In this document: positions 23,324 through 32,256 of the stretch, one piece after another | Layout: each line of letters starts with the position of its first letter | How positions within the stretch are numbered: the first letter of the stretch is position 1 | From: a virus | Lineage: Duplodnaviria > Caudoviricetes | IMG/VR virus record: IMGVR_UViG_3300048998_000035 | Coordinates: 1-34,583 of that record | Strand: one strand, 5' to 3' | Length of the DNA: 34,583 nt | Program-made: the position numbers and the translations under genes | Notes under the pieces: model-generated | Seen by the model: only the letters and a program-made list of their open reading frames with translations | Told to the model about the DNA's origin: nothing | Databases searched by the model: none

Positions 23324-23400
23324 TCAGTAGCTCTCCCACAAGAGCCTAAACAGTGAGTTAGCAGCTCCCCCGCCTGAGTCGATAGGTGAGATCGAAACGT

Positions 23401-23422
23401 GCCGCCACAGAGCGGTTTTTTT
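23401..23422 (+). terminator. Terminator-like hairpin just upstream of the coat gene
   Basis: GCCGC-CACAGA-GCGGT followed by a T-run. Confidence 0.55.
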
Positions 23423-23444
23423 ATTTCTATCTCAGGAGTCTTAA

Positions 23445-24713
23445 ATGTCTAACTCATTTAACAAACAGGTCGATGTTGCATTTGAAGAGGTCGTTGAGGA
23501 ATTTGACGATCATTGTATTCTGTCCAATAACATTTCGAAGTATGAGACTGACGCAACAAGCATGGAGCGTTCGGGTGATGTTATCTGGCGTCCAATGCCT
23601 TACATTGCGCAGTCCCATGATGGTACCGACGCAACCAATAACTTCAATCAAGCAACGCAGCTTTCAGTTCCGGCAACAATCGGATTTCCTAAGTATTCGA
23701 CCGCACTTTTCACGGCTACAGAATTGCGTGATGCTGTGCAAGAAGGTCGTTTAGGGAAGGCTGCGATACAAAAGCTTTCTAGCGATATAAATGTTGCGGT
23801 AATGAATGTCGCGGCAACGCAGGGCACTCTCGTAGTCAAGCGGACTGCTGCAGCCACGGGGTTTGATGATGTCGCGCAGTGTGAGGCGATATTTAACGAA
23901 CAAGGCATAAATGCGTTTGAGCGCTACCTTGCCTTGTCCACTCGTGACTATAACGGCATGGCGTCTAACCTGGCGTCTCGTGCAAATATGCAAGGCAAGC
24001 CTACCAATGCTTACGAGAAGGCATATGTAGGCGAGGTTGCATCGTTCGCTACCTACAAACTTGACTATGCGAATCGGTTAACCGCTGCGGCTGGTGGCGG
24101 CAGTATTACGATGAGCACGTTGGATGCCGCTACTAACTATTACACGCCACGCGCAACCACCACCTCGACAACCGGCGAGACTAGCAACGTAGATAATCGT
24201 TACCAAACGATTACCGTATCAAGCACCACAAGTGTCGCTGCTGGCGATTGCTTTACCGTTGCTGCGCTTGATGCGGTTCACCACATCACTAAGGGTGATA
24301 CCGGGCAATTAAAAACGTTCCGCGTTATCTCCGTTCCCTCCTCAACGACTCTCGTTATCTCCCCTCCGATGATTACCGCGCAGGGTGGTACTGATGCAGA
24401 GCTGCAATATAAAAACTGCATTATCAATACAAAAGCCTCTAACTCTGCGCTTGTGTTCTTGAATACCGTTACCGCATCTGTAAATCCATTCTGGCAAAAA
24501 GATGCAATTGAGTTGCTTCCTGGTGGTTATGCAATCCCTGAAGGCGCTGGTGCGGAAGTGCGGAAGGCAACAACCAAAAACGGAATTGCTATCGTCATGA
24601 CAAAGCAATTCGATATTAATACGCTGAAAACAAAGGTTCGTTGGGATATTCGCTTTGGCGTCTGCATGAAGCAACCAGAGATGGCTGGAGTTATTGAATT
24701 TAGCCAATCGTAA
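23445..24713 (+). CDS. Major capsid protein, P22 gp5-like
   Basis: MERSGDVIWRPMPY, ELRDA, insertion domain AGDCFTVA, terminal QPEMAGV; AGGAG RBS. Confidence 0.93.
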   Translation: MSNSFNKQVDVAFEEVVEEFDDHCILSNNISKYETDATSMERSGDVIWRPMPYIAQSHDGTDATNNFNQATQLSVPATIGFPKYSTALFTATELRDAVQEGRLGKAAIQKLSSDINVAVMNVAATQGTLVVKRTAAATGFDDVAQCEAIFNEQGINAFERYLALSTRDYNGMASNLASRANMQGKPTNAYEKAYVGEVASFATYKLDYANRLTAAAGGGSITMSTLDAATNYYTPRATTTSTTGETSNVDNRYQTITVSSTTSVAAGDCFTVAALDAVHHITKGDTGQLKTFRVISVPSSTTLVISPPMITAQGGTDAELQYKNCIINTKASNSALVFLNTVTASVNPFWQKDAIELLPGGYAIPEGAGAEVRKATTKNGIAIVMTKQFDINTLKTKVRWDIRFGVCMKQPEMAGVIEFSQS

Positions 24714-24747
24714 TTAGCGCAAATCGACAGACTACTGAAGGAATATC

Positions 24748-25344
24748 ATGGATAACATAATTTTTAGCCAAGGCCGCGCATCTATCACGATCCCGGCTAA
24801 TGAAAGCATTGCCGTATCGGGTTCAGGAAGCGTCAACGTTTATCGCTTGATCGGATATCCCAACTATCCGGACACGCTTAGCTTGTTGGGTACGGTGACG
24901 AACGGGCAAACGGTATATGGCCCATATACCAGCGGTGCGACGATCATTGTTGAGGCGGGCGCTTCTGCCGCTTACTACCAAGTAGGCGTTGCGCCTGTTG
25001 TCTTCCGCAATTACCAATCCCAATTCCAGGCCGCTCCTGTTGCTCTCAATGCAACCGGAACCATCACTGAAGCATCTATCCTCGGCGGCATCTTAACGTC
25101 AACCACGGCTGCTGCTGTTGCTGGAACGCTGCCTACTGGTGCGGTGATGGAGTTAGCTGCTGAATGGGCGGTTGGTGATTCGGTTGATTGGTCGATCATC
25201 AATACCGGTGGCAATACGTTCACTCTCACTGCTGCAACTGGTCACACGATTGTAGGTACTGCAACGGTAGTAACCGTGGTTTCGGCGCAGTTCCGCACGC
25301 GTAAGACCGCAACAGATACTTTCATTACCTACCGCTTAAGTTAA
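24748..25344 (+). CDS. Putative capsid decoration protein
   Basis: Follows coat; beta-rich, Thr/Ala/Gly-rich, two domains. Confidence 0.65.
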   Translation: MDNIIFSQGRASITIPANESIAVSGSGSVNVYRLIGYPNYPDTLSLLGTVTNGQTVYGPYTSGATIIVEAGASAAYYQVGVAPVVFRNYQSQFQAAPVALNATGTITEASILGGILTSTTAAAVAGTLPTGAVMELAAEWAVGDSVDWSIINTGGNTFTLTAATGHTIVGTATVVTVVSAQFRTRKTATDTFITYRLS

Positions 25345-25353
25345 GGAGCAAAG

Positions 25354-25596
25354 ATGGAATTTCCCCGCCTGGTTTACAAAAGCGCTTCGAATCATTTCCT
25401 CGTGAATGATGAGGCAGAGTTCAAAGCATCCATTAAAAACGGATGGTTTCCGACCGTGCCTGAAGCGCTGGCGGGGAAGTTGGATTTTGAGTATGCGGAG
25501 GAGCCGGTAGAAGAGCCGGTAATTGAAGAAGCTCCAGTTGAGGTTGCCCCAGTAGAAGAGGTAACCGAAACACTCACTCTAAAAGGTAGGAAGTGA
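25354..25596 (+). CDS. Small head-region protein with EEPV low-complexity tail
   Basis: FPRLVYK...GWFPTVPEA; AAGGAG RBS. Confidence 0.75.
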   Translation: MEFPRLVYKSASNHFLVNDEAEFKASIKNGWFPTVPEALAGKLDFEYAEEPVEEPVIEEAPVEVAPVEEVTETLTLKGRK

Positions 25597-25799
25597 GCGA
25601 CGATAAAAAAGTCGTATTTCTTGCCTTTACAAATCCACACATGGAAGTAGAGACAATTTCTAGATTGTCATGCAACGCCTGCAAAAACAAGACATTTACG
25701 CTTACCTATTCCGATGATGGTTTTCCGACATTGGCCTGTGCTTGTTGTGGAGGCCAGCACGGCCAAATTGGATGGGTTAACGATGGGAGCGAACAGTGA
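25593..25799 (+). CDS. Small zinc-finger protein
   Basis: CNAC...CACC; GTGA overlaps on both sides. Confidence 0.65.
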   Translation: MSDDKKVVFLAFTNPHMEVETISRLSCNACKNKTFTLTYSDDGFPTLACACCGGQHGQIGWVNDGSEQ

Positions 25800-26269
25800 G
25801 CTGGACCAAGAAACAGTTCATTGAGCAAGCCTTCGCCAAAATTGGGATGGCCGGTGACATTCCCAATCTAACGGCAGAGCAAAAGGCGCGTGCGTTATTG
25901 GATTTAGATTCGATGATGGCAACGTGGAACGCGATAGGCGTTCGAATCGGTTACCCACTTCCATCCAGTCAAGCCGCAAGCAGTCTTGACCAAGAAACAC
26001 ACGTTCCTGACTCGGCGAACGAAGCAATCTATCTAAACCACGGCATTCGCATTGCTCCCGACTTTGGCAAGTTGATTTCACCAGAGCACAAGATGAACGC
26101 GAAGATTGCCTACAACAATCTCGTTTCTCAAACGATGGGCGAGCCGCCACAAAGACAGCTACCGGGATCAATGCCGGCTGGTGCTGGTAATAGACAAAGA
26201 GCCCCTTTCTTAACTCCGCCTGTCGATCCGCTATTAAGTGGGCAAGACGGCGAAATCGAGTTCGATTAA
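25796..26269 (+). CDS. Head-tail adaptor, P22 gp4-like
   Basis: TKKQFIEQAFAKIG...LDSMMATW...RIAPDFG...MPAGAGN. Confidence 0.85.
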   Translation: MSWTKKQFIEQAFAKIGMAGDIPNLTAEQKARALLDLDSMMATWNAIGVRIGYPLPSSQAASSLDQETHVPDSANEAIYLNHGIRIAPDFGKLISPEHKMNAKIAYNNLVSQTMGEPPQRQLPGSMPAGAGNRQRAPFLTPPVDPLLSGQDGEIEFD

Positions 26270-26721
26270 TGCCGACCATCAATCAATTATCAGAGACCGA
26301 TGAAATATCCGCTGGTGATTTGTTCCCAATTTATTCAAGCGGGAACGGTGATGCGCGCAAGGCGTCTGCGGCTGTTTTCGGTGAGTTCATTCAGGCGCAG
26401 ATGGCGGCGATCGATGATAAAAATACTCAGTATGCATCTCCATCGGCAACCGGCTTTAGTGTCGTGCTCGTCGATTCCGGTAGCAGCATATGGCTAATCC
26501 TAACGCCGGTTGCGAACTATGCCGCAGGCACGCTCATTCTGCCTTCGCTGGCGAACTCAGTAGATAAGCAAGAAATTCTCGTCAATTGCACGCACGCAGT
26601 TACCACTCTCACGATTAACGGCAATGGGTCATCGGTTGTTGGTGCGCCAACAACGCTAGCGGCTGGCGACTTCTTTCGGTTGCGCTATGAGGGCGTCACT
26701 AAAATCTGGTACTGCGTTTAA
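26269..26721 (+). CDS. Virion structural protein
   Basis: MPTINQLS...GDARKAS adaptor-like N-terminus and beta-rich C-terminus. Confidence 0.7.
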   Translation: MPTINQLSETDEISAGDLFPIYSSGNGDARKASAAVFGEFIQAQMAAIDDKNTQYASPSATGFSVVLVDSGSSIWLILTPVANYAAGTLILPSLANSVDKQEILVNCTHAVTTLTINGNGSSVVGAPTTLAAGDFFRLRYEGVTKIWYCV

Positions 26722-26732
26722 AAGGATATCGA

Positions 26733-27617
26733 ATGCCCAATATTTACCCAGGCGGTTCAGCCGATGTAGTTGTTCCGGTCGGACAAAAAATAGTCATCGG
26801 AAACTTTGGTTCGAGCACGGCAATCGTTTATTTATCGACGCTGCCTGGTGCTCTGCCTCAACAATTCGCTGAGGTTTCACGTGTAACAAATGCGCAAACT
26901 ATTCTCGGCACGTATAACGCGGCGAGAACGGTAAGAATCGAGGCTGGAACGGACACTGTTCGATATAGCGTCGGCGTGAATCCGTCGATTACTAATTACA
27001 CGCAGGAAGGTTATACCTGGGCAACCAAGCCAAGCGCCGCATCTTCCAGCGGCGTCATGATTTACATCAAAGATATCGGCTCTGGCGGTTCGTTGTGGAT
27101 ATCGAATGGAACGACTTGGAGACCGATTGCTAATGTTCTGACATTGGGCGCACTCACTACCCGGCAGAATGTGGCGGCGGGTGCATCCGAAACAATCGTC
27201 TATCAAACGTTATTGCCTGCTGCATTCCTGAATGTATATGACCGATTAAGGCTGTTTCAATCAGTCTCAAAAGCCGGCACTACAAATACCGGTGTCTTGA
27301 CATTTAGATTCGGCACAGCCGGGACAACTAGCGACACATCGGTGTTTTCTGGTAGCGCGATTTCCACAAGTAGCCGCGTGATCGGAAACATTCACGATTT
27401 CAAAGTGGCGTCTGCCACTACATTGCAGCACTTGGGTTTGGGTAATACTAACTCGGTTCTAGGCTCTTATTCTGGCTCAGGCACGACTGCGTTTCCTGCG
27501 GCAGTGACGATCTCCGATGTTTCCAATGCGCTGTATTTCTCGATTGGAATAACTGCGGGCGGCACGGATGATCTAGCGCTTGAGGATTGCTACTTGCAGT
27601 ACATAGCAGCCCCGTAA
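26733..27617 (+). CDS. Virion fibre/decoration protein
   Basis: N-domain similar to ORF 24748; TWATKPSA...LWISNGTTWRP fibre motif; beta-rich C-terminus. Confidence 0.7.
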   Translation: MPNIYPGGSADVVVPVGQKIVIGNFGSSTAIVYLSTLPGALPQQFAEVSRVTNAQTILGTYNAARTVRIEAGTDTVRYSVGVNPSITNYTQEGYTWATKPSAASSSGVMIYIKDIGSGGSLWISNGTTWRPIANVLTLGALTTRQNVAAGASETIVYQTLLPAAFLNVYDRLRLFQSVSKAGTTNTGVLTFRFGTAGTTSDTSVFSGSAISTSSRVIGNIHDFKVASATTLQHLGLGNTNSVLGSYSGSGTTAFPAAVTISDVSNALYFSIGITAGGTDDLALEDCYLQYIAAP

Positions 27618-29017
27618 TGCAAATAAATATCTTGAGTGGGATATATGCTGACAACACTTCAGATTTCAGAACGTCCTATCCCCGTAATTTCATTCCAGTT
27701 CCAAAGCAGCAAGGCATTTCTAACGGCTATTTAAGGCCTGCTGATGGAATCGTTCAGTTTGGGGTTGGCCCAGGCTTCGACCGCGGCGGAATCAATTGGA
27801 ATGGCATTTGTTATCGGGCGATGGGAACAAAGCTTGTTCGAGTCAATGAAGATGGATCGGTTACGACGCTCGCCGAGATCGGCGGGACTGATTTAGTTCG
27901 TTTCGATTATTCGTTCGATAGGCTTTCCATCGCGTCTGACGGGAATTTGTATTATTGGAACGGCATTTCTCTGTCTCACGTTACCGATGGCGACCTTGGT
28001 CTAGTTGTAGATCAGATGTGGATTGATGGCTACACCATGACGACTGACGGAGCGAACTTGGTAGTCACCGAGCTAAACGACCCAATGTCCGTAAATCCAT
28101 TGAAGTACGGAAGCTCAGAAGCCGATCCAGACAAAATTAAATGCATCTTAAAGCTGCGCGGTGAAGTCCATGCGGTGAACAGATACACCATCGAAGTATT
28201 CCAGAACATCGGCGGAGATTTCTTCCCATTCCAGCGAATTAAGGGCGCACAAATAGCGCGTGGCTCGATAGGGACTAGAACGGCTGCAGTGTTCTTGGAT
28301 GCCATTGCGTTTCTTGGTGGCGGACGAAATGAACCGTCCGCTGTATGGCTTGGTGTTAATGGGCAATCAAACAAGATTAGCACGCGGGAAATAGACACTA
28401 TTCTGTCTGAGTATTCAGAAGAAGATTTAGCCGGCGTATTGTTGGAAACTCGCATTGATCTAGGGAATCGGTTCTTATTACTGCATCTACCGGATAAGAC
28501 ATTAGTTTATGACGGCGCAGCCTCTGCTGCTGTTCAAGAACCGATATGGTTCACGCTTGATTCTGGCACAACTACTGCCAGCAAATACCGGGCTAGAAAC
28601 CTAGTTTGGTGTTACGGGAAATGGATTTCCGGCGATCCAACATCAAGCTTGCTTGGATATTACACGCACGCGGTATCTAGCCATTACGCGCAGGTTATTG
28701 GTTGGGATTTTGGAACGCAGATTCTCTACAACCAAGGCCTAGGCGCCATCATTTACGAACTGGAGCTAGTCGGCCTTCCTGGGAATGTGGCAATTGGTGC
28801 TGACCCCACGATTTACACAAGTTATTCCAAAGACGGCCAGACGTGGAGTGCTGAAGTTCCAAGGCAAGCCGGGAAGCTGGGCGAAACAACCAAGCGCTTA
28901 CGCTGGCTACAGCAAGGCTCTATGCAGAACTGGCGAATCCAGAAATTCAGAGGCACATCTGATGCGCATATGTCATTTGCGCGGCTAGAGGCCAGAATTG
29001 AGCCGTTGAATGCCTAG
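27617..29017 (+). CDS. Tail hub / packaged DNA stabilization protein, P22 gp10-like
   Basis: Start moved to MQINIL (TAATG overlap); beta-propeller-like, YGSSEADPD, TIEVFQNIG, SYSKDGQTWS. Confidence 0.88.
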   Translation: MQINILSGIYADNTSDFRTSYPRNFIPVPKQQGISNGYLRPADGIVQFGVGPGFDRGGINWNGICYRAMGTKLVRVNEDGSVTTLAEIGGTDLVRFDYSFDRLSIASDGNLYYWNGISLSHVTDGDLGLVVDQMWIDGYTMTTDGANLVVTELNDPMSVNPLKYGSSEADPDKIKCILKLRGEVHAVNRYTIEVFQNIGGDFFPFQRIKGAQIARGSIGTRTAAVFLDAIAFLGGGRNEPSAVWLGVNGQSNKISTREIDTILSEYSEEDLAGVLLETRIDLGNRFLLLHLPDKTLVYDGAASAAVQEPIWFTLDSGTTTASKYRARNLVWCYGKWISGDPTSSLLGYYTHAVSSHYAQVIGWDFGTQILYNQGLGAIIYELELVGLPGNVAIGADPTIYTSYSKDGQTWSAEVPRQAGKLGETTKRLRWLQQGSMQNWRIQKFRGTSDAHMSFARLEARIEPLNA

Positions 29018-29495
29018 CTTAAACAGGGCAACGCTCGCTAAATTCCTTCCGGACGAACGATCCATTCGAGAGTTTGAAAACTTCGTCGGCAACGTTGATT
29101 CTGGTCTGCCAACGGCAATTGATTTTATCCTCGTATTGGCCAATGAAGCCGGCACTAGCGCAGATAACGCCGATTCAAAGGCTACGTTAGCGCTAGATGC
29201 ATTAGTTTCAATCGCCGAAAGTTTGTCCATTCTTGCTTCTGCGCCTCCGGCTGCGGCGTTACGAGAGGAGGTGATCGAGTTAACGAGCCGGCTTAATGAA
29301 CTGCAAAGCCAGCCATCGCAGCAAGTTAATGCCGAAACTCTGCCCGGTACAACGCTTTCATCTGAAGTAGTCAACTCATCGCTGACTACTGCCGGCATTT
29401 CTTCAGCCTCCCCAACGTTTTCGGCTGGTGACAAGTACGTCATTGTTGATGCCAGCGGTAACTTACACGTATCAGCATTAGGGCCTGCATCATGA
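29010..29495 (+). CDS. Tail needle-like protein (gp26 position)
   Basis: Follows gp10; Ala-rich coiled coil. Confidence 0.55.
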   Translation: MPSLNRATLAKFLPDERSIREFENFVGNVDSGLPTAIDFILVLANEAGTSADNADSKATLALDALVSIAESLSILASAPPAAALREEVIELTSRLNELQSQPSQQVNAETLPGTTLSSEVVNSSLTTAGISSASPTFSAGDKYVIVDASGNLHVSALGPAS

Positions 29496-29827
29496 CAACA
29501 ACCGTAAAAGTATTAATCCCCGCAAAGATCGCGGAAAACTCGCAGACGACGCAATACGCCGCTGTCAGCGTGAAGGTGATGATCGATAAATTTACGGCCA
29601 CTAATTATTCAGGTGGCGCGCAATCTTTATCGGTAAATATCGTTACGAGCGGCGATACGGCCGGCAATCAGAACTTGATTAAAAAGACCAAGGTTTTACA
29701 GGCCGGTGAAACTTATACTTTCCCGGAAATTGTCGGTCATTCCTTGGAATCCGGCGATTTCATTTCAACCCTTGCAAGCGCAGCAACATCAATAAATATC
29801 CGTTGTAGCGGTAGAGAAATAAGTTAA
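29492..29827 (+). CDS. Small virion beta-sandwich protein
   Basis: IDKFTATN...GETYTFPEIVGHSL..GDFIST...SGREI. Confidence 0.7.
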   Translation: MTTTVKVLIPAKIAENSQTTQYAAVSVKVMIDKFTATNYSGGAQSLSVNIVTSGDTAGNQNLIKKTKVLQAGETYTFPEIVGHSLESGDFISTLASAATSINIRCSGREIS

Positions 29828-29888
29828 TCCCATCTAATAGCTGAGTGTTCGGAGTGGCCAGCGACTCGACCCTGAAAAGGAGCGGTTC

Positions 29889-30326
29889 ATGGCTGTACCT
29901 GTAAAAATCAGCATCGCGGACAAGTTAGAGCCGCACATGCTTCAACTCCCTCAAGTTGAATGCCCGGTCGTCCATCATTTCGGACCTGGGATTTATATAA
30001 GAGAAGTGACAATACCGGCTGGCACATTCGTTGCCGGCCACGCTCATAAACATGAGCATCTCAATCTCTTGTTGTCCGGAGAAATTAAGTTTCTTGGTGA
30101 GGATGGGCAATTAAAAACTCTAAAAGCGCCAATGATTGTAATTAGTCCGCCTGGGAGAAAAATAGCTTACACGGTCACAGAAACGGTATGGCAAAACATT
30201 CATGCTACCGAAGAAACGGACCTTCAAAAACTAGAAGAAATGTTTGTCGAAAAATCGGAAGCATGGATATCGAATGACGAAGCAAAAAGATTAACGGGTA
30301 CCCACGTATTAGAGGTGGGCGAATGA
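29889..30326 (+). CDS. Cupin-fold protein
   Basis: HHFGPGIYIREVTIPAG..VAGHAHKHEHLNLLLSG...SPPGRK; AAGGAG RBS. Confidence 0.8.
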   Translation: MAVPVKISIADKLEPHMLQLPQVECPVVHHFGPGIYIREVTIPAGTFVAGHAHKHEHLNLLLSGEIKFLGEDGQLKTLKAPMIVISPPGRKIAYTVTETVWQNIHATEETDLQKLEEMFVEKSEAWISNDEAKRLTGTHVLEVGE

Positions 30327-31024
30327 GCTGGGTTGCCGTCGCCGTTGCAGGGGCTGCTGTAGTTGGTGGCTACGTGTCGAGCCAATCGCAAGAAGATGCC
30401 GCCAATACTGCCGCCAATGCGCAATCAAACTCTGCTGCTGCTGGCATCGCCGAACAAAGACGCCAGTTTGACGGCATTCAAAAGCTATTAAACCCATATG
30501 TAAAGGCCGGTACTGGTGCGCTCGGCGCGCAACAAAACCTGGTCGGTTTGCATGGTGGTGGCGCGCAACAGAGGGCCATTAATGGGATTCAGAATTCGCC
30601 TCAATTTCACTCGCTTATGCAGCAGGGTGAAAATTCAATCTTGCAAAATTCTTCTGCTACCGGTGGCCTTCGTGGAGGAAATACCCAAGCCGCACTCGCG
30701 CAGTTCCGCCCTCAGTTACTTTCGCAATTAATTGATCAACAGTATTCGCGGCTCGGCGGGCTTACAAGTGTTGGGCAGAACGCAGCCGCTGGTGTTGGTA
30801 ATGCGGGCATGCAAACTGGTGTCGGCGTTTCCAATTTATTGCAGCAGCAAGGCGCAGCGCAGGCCGGGGCTGCATTGGCGGGTGGCAGGGCAGATGCGAA
30901 TTTCTATGGTGGTCTTGGTAGTCTCGCCGGCGCTTATGCGGGGTATGGTGGCTTTGGTGGCGGTCAACAAGCTTATCCGGCTGGCTCCACTGGCGGCGGA
31001 CCTAATGCGGGGAATGGATTTTAA
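30323..31024 (+). CDS. DNA ejection protein, P22 gp7-like
   Basis: Gly/Ala/Gln-rich; LNPYVKAG, SATGGLRGGNTQAALAQF. Confidence 0.85.
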   Translation: MSWVAVAVAGAAVVGGYVSSQSQEDAANTAANAQSNSAAAGIAEQRRQFDGIQKLLNPYVKAGTGALGAQQNLVGLHGGGAQQRAINGIQNSPQFHSLMQQGENSILQNSSATGGLRGGNTQAALAQFRPQLLSQLIDQQYSRLGGLTSVGQNAAAGVGNAGMQTGVGVSNLLQQQGAAQAGAALAGGRADANFYGGLGSLAGAYAGYGGFGGGQQAYPAGSTGGGPNAGNGF

Positions 31025-32256
31025 TGGAACCAATCAACTACTCGATAGATGTTAAGTCGCCATTCGATCAAGCAATAGCCGGTTATGGTGCCGGCGCGGC
31101 GATTCGGAACGATCAACAGCAGCAAGCGCAGGTTCAATTGCAGCAACAACGGCAACAGCAAATGCAAAAGGACTTGTTCGCGCTATCCAGCAATAAAAAC
31201 GCTGGCGCTCAGGATTACGCTGCGATCATGACCAAATATCCTGAAGTCGGCGATCATTTAAAGCGCTCCTGGGATGTGCTCGATGCCGATCAACAGAAAA
31301 TTAGATTAGGCCAAGCCTCGCAAGTATTTGCAGCAACACAAAGCGGCAACAATGATGTAGCGCTGGACCTCATTAACAAGCAAATGGAGGCCGCGAAGAA
31401 TTCCGGCGATATGCAAACATATACCGGGCTTAAAGCTCTAGCTGACGGCGCGGCAATTCATCCTGAATCATTAAAGACTTCCAGCGCTTTAATGCTGTCG
31501 TCAATTCTTGGCCCTGAGAAATTCGCCTCCACTTATGCCACGCTTGGCGATCAAGGCAGGGCCGCACAGAAAGCGCCGGTCGAGCTAGCGAAGACGCAAG
31601 AGGAAATCAACGCATCCCAAACTAAGCAAAAGCTTGACGCGTTAGACGTTCAAATTAGGCAGGCTGATAGCGAGACTAAGCGCGGGGAATTGCAGCTTCA
31701 GCGGGATAAGCTTCAAAAGGAGTACGACCTTAAAACCCAGACCGCACAGAACGACGCACAATCGCAATCTGATGGCCTTGTTCAGGGATTGGCAACAGTC
31801 GATGCGTTAATGAAGCATCCGGGCTTAAGTTCTGGTACTGGCATGGGTAGTTCAGTTACGTCATTTTTCAACGGTACTGACGCGAAAGATTTCAGGGTTC
31901 AGCTTGAGACGCTTAAGTCTCAACAGTTCCTAACCGCCGCCAAAGAATTGAAGGGCATGGGCGCATTGTCTGATGCTGAAGGTGCGCGACTGGAGAAATC
32001 CATTGCAAGTCTTGATCCAAGCCAATCAACTTCGCAATTCAAAACAAATCTTGGCGTTATCAGAAGCACTCTTCAAAAGGCTCAAGCGAAACTTATCGCC
32101 AATGGCAAGCTGCCGAATACTGGCGGTGGCTTCGTCATGAAGCACCCTCAGTATGGGAACGTTACTGAAGGCGATATTAACCGCTTGATGACGCAAAATC
32201 CAGGCAGTACCAGGGATCAGATATTGCAATTCCTGAAATCTACCGGTGGTCAATGA
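31024..32256 (+). CDS. DNA ejection protein, gp20-like
   Basis: Helical, Gln-rich; LKGMGALSDAEG; position after gp7. Confidence 0.78.
   Translation: MEPINYSIDVKSPFDQAIAGYGAGAAIRNDQQQQAQVQLQQQRQQQMQKDLFALSSNKNAGAQDYAAIMTKYPEVGDHLKRSWDVLDADQQKIRLGQASQVFAATQSGNNDVALDLINKQMEAAKNSGDMQTYTGLKALADGAAIHPESLKTSSALMLSSILGPEKFASTYATLGDQGRAAQKAPVELAKTQEEINASQTKQKLDALDVQIRQADSETKRGELQLQRDKLQKEYDLKTQTAQNDAQSQSDGLVQGLATVDALMKHPGLSSGTGMGSSVTSFFNGTDAKDFRVQLETLKSQQFLTAAKELKGMGALSDAEGARLEKSIASLDPSQSTSQFKTNLGVIRSTLQKAQAKLIANGKLPNTGGGFVMKHPQYGNVTEGDINRLMTQNPGSTRDQILQFLKSTGGQ

Noticed and set aside
31114-31167. CAG/CAA-rich run
   Set aside because: Encodes a Gln-rich helix common in ejection proteins; not a distinct repeat element
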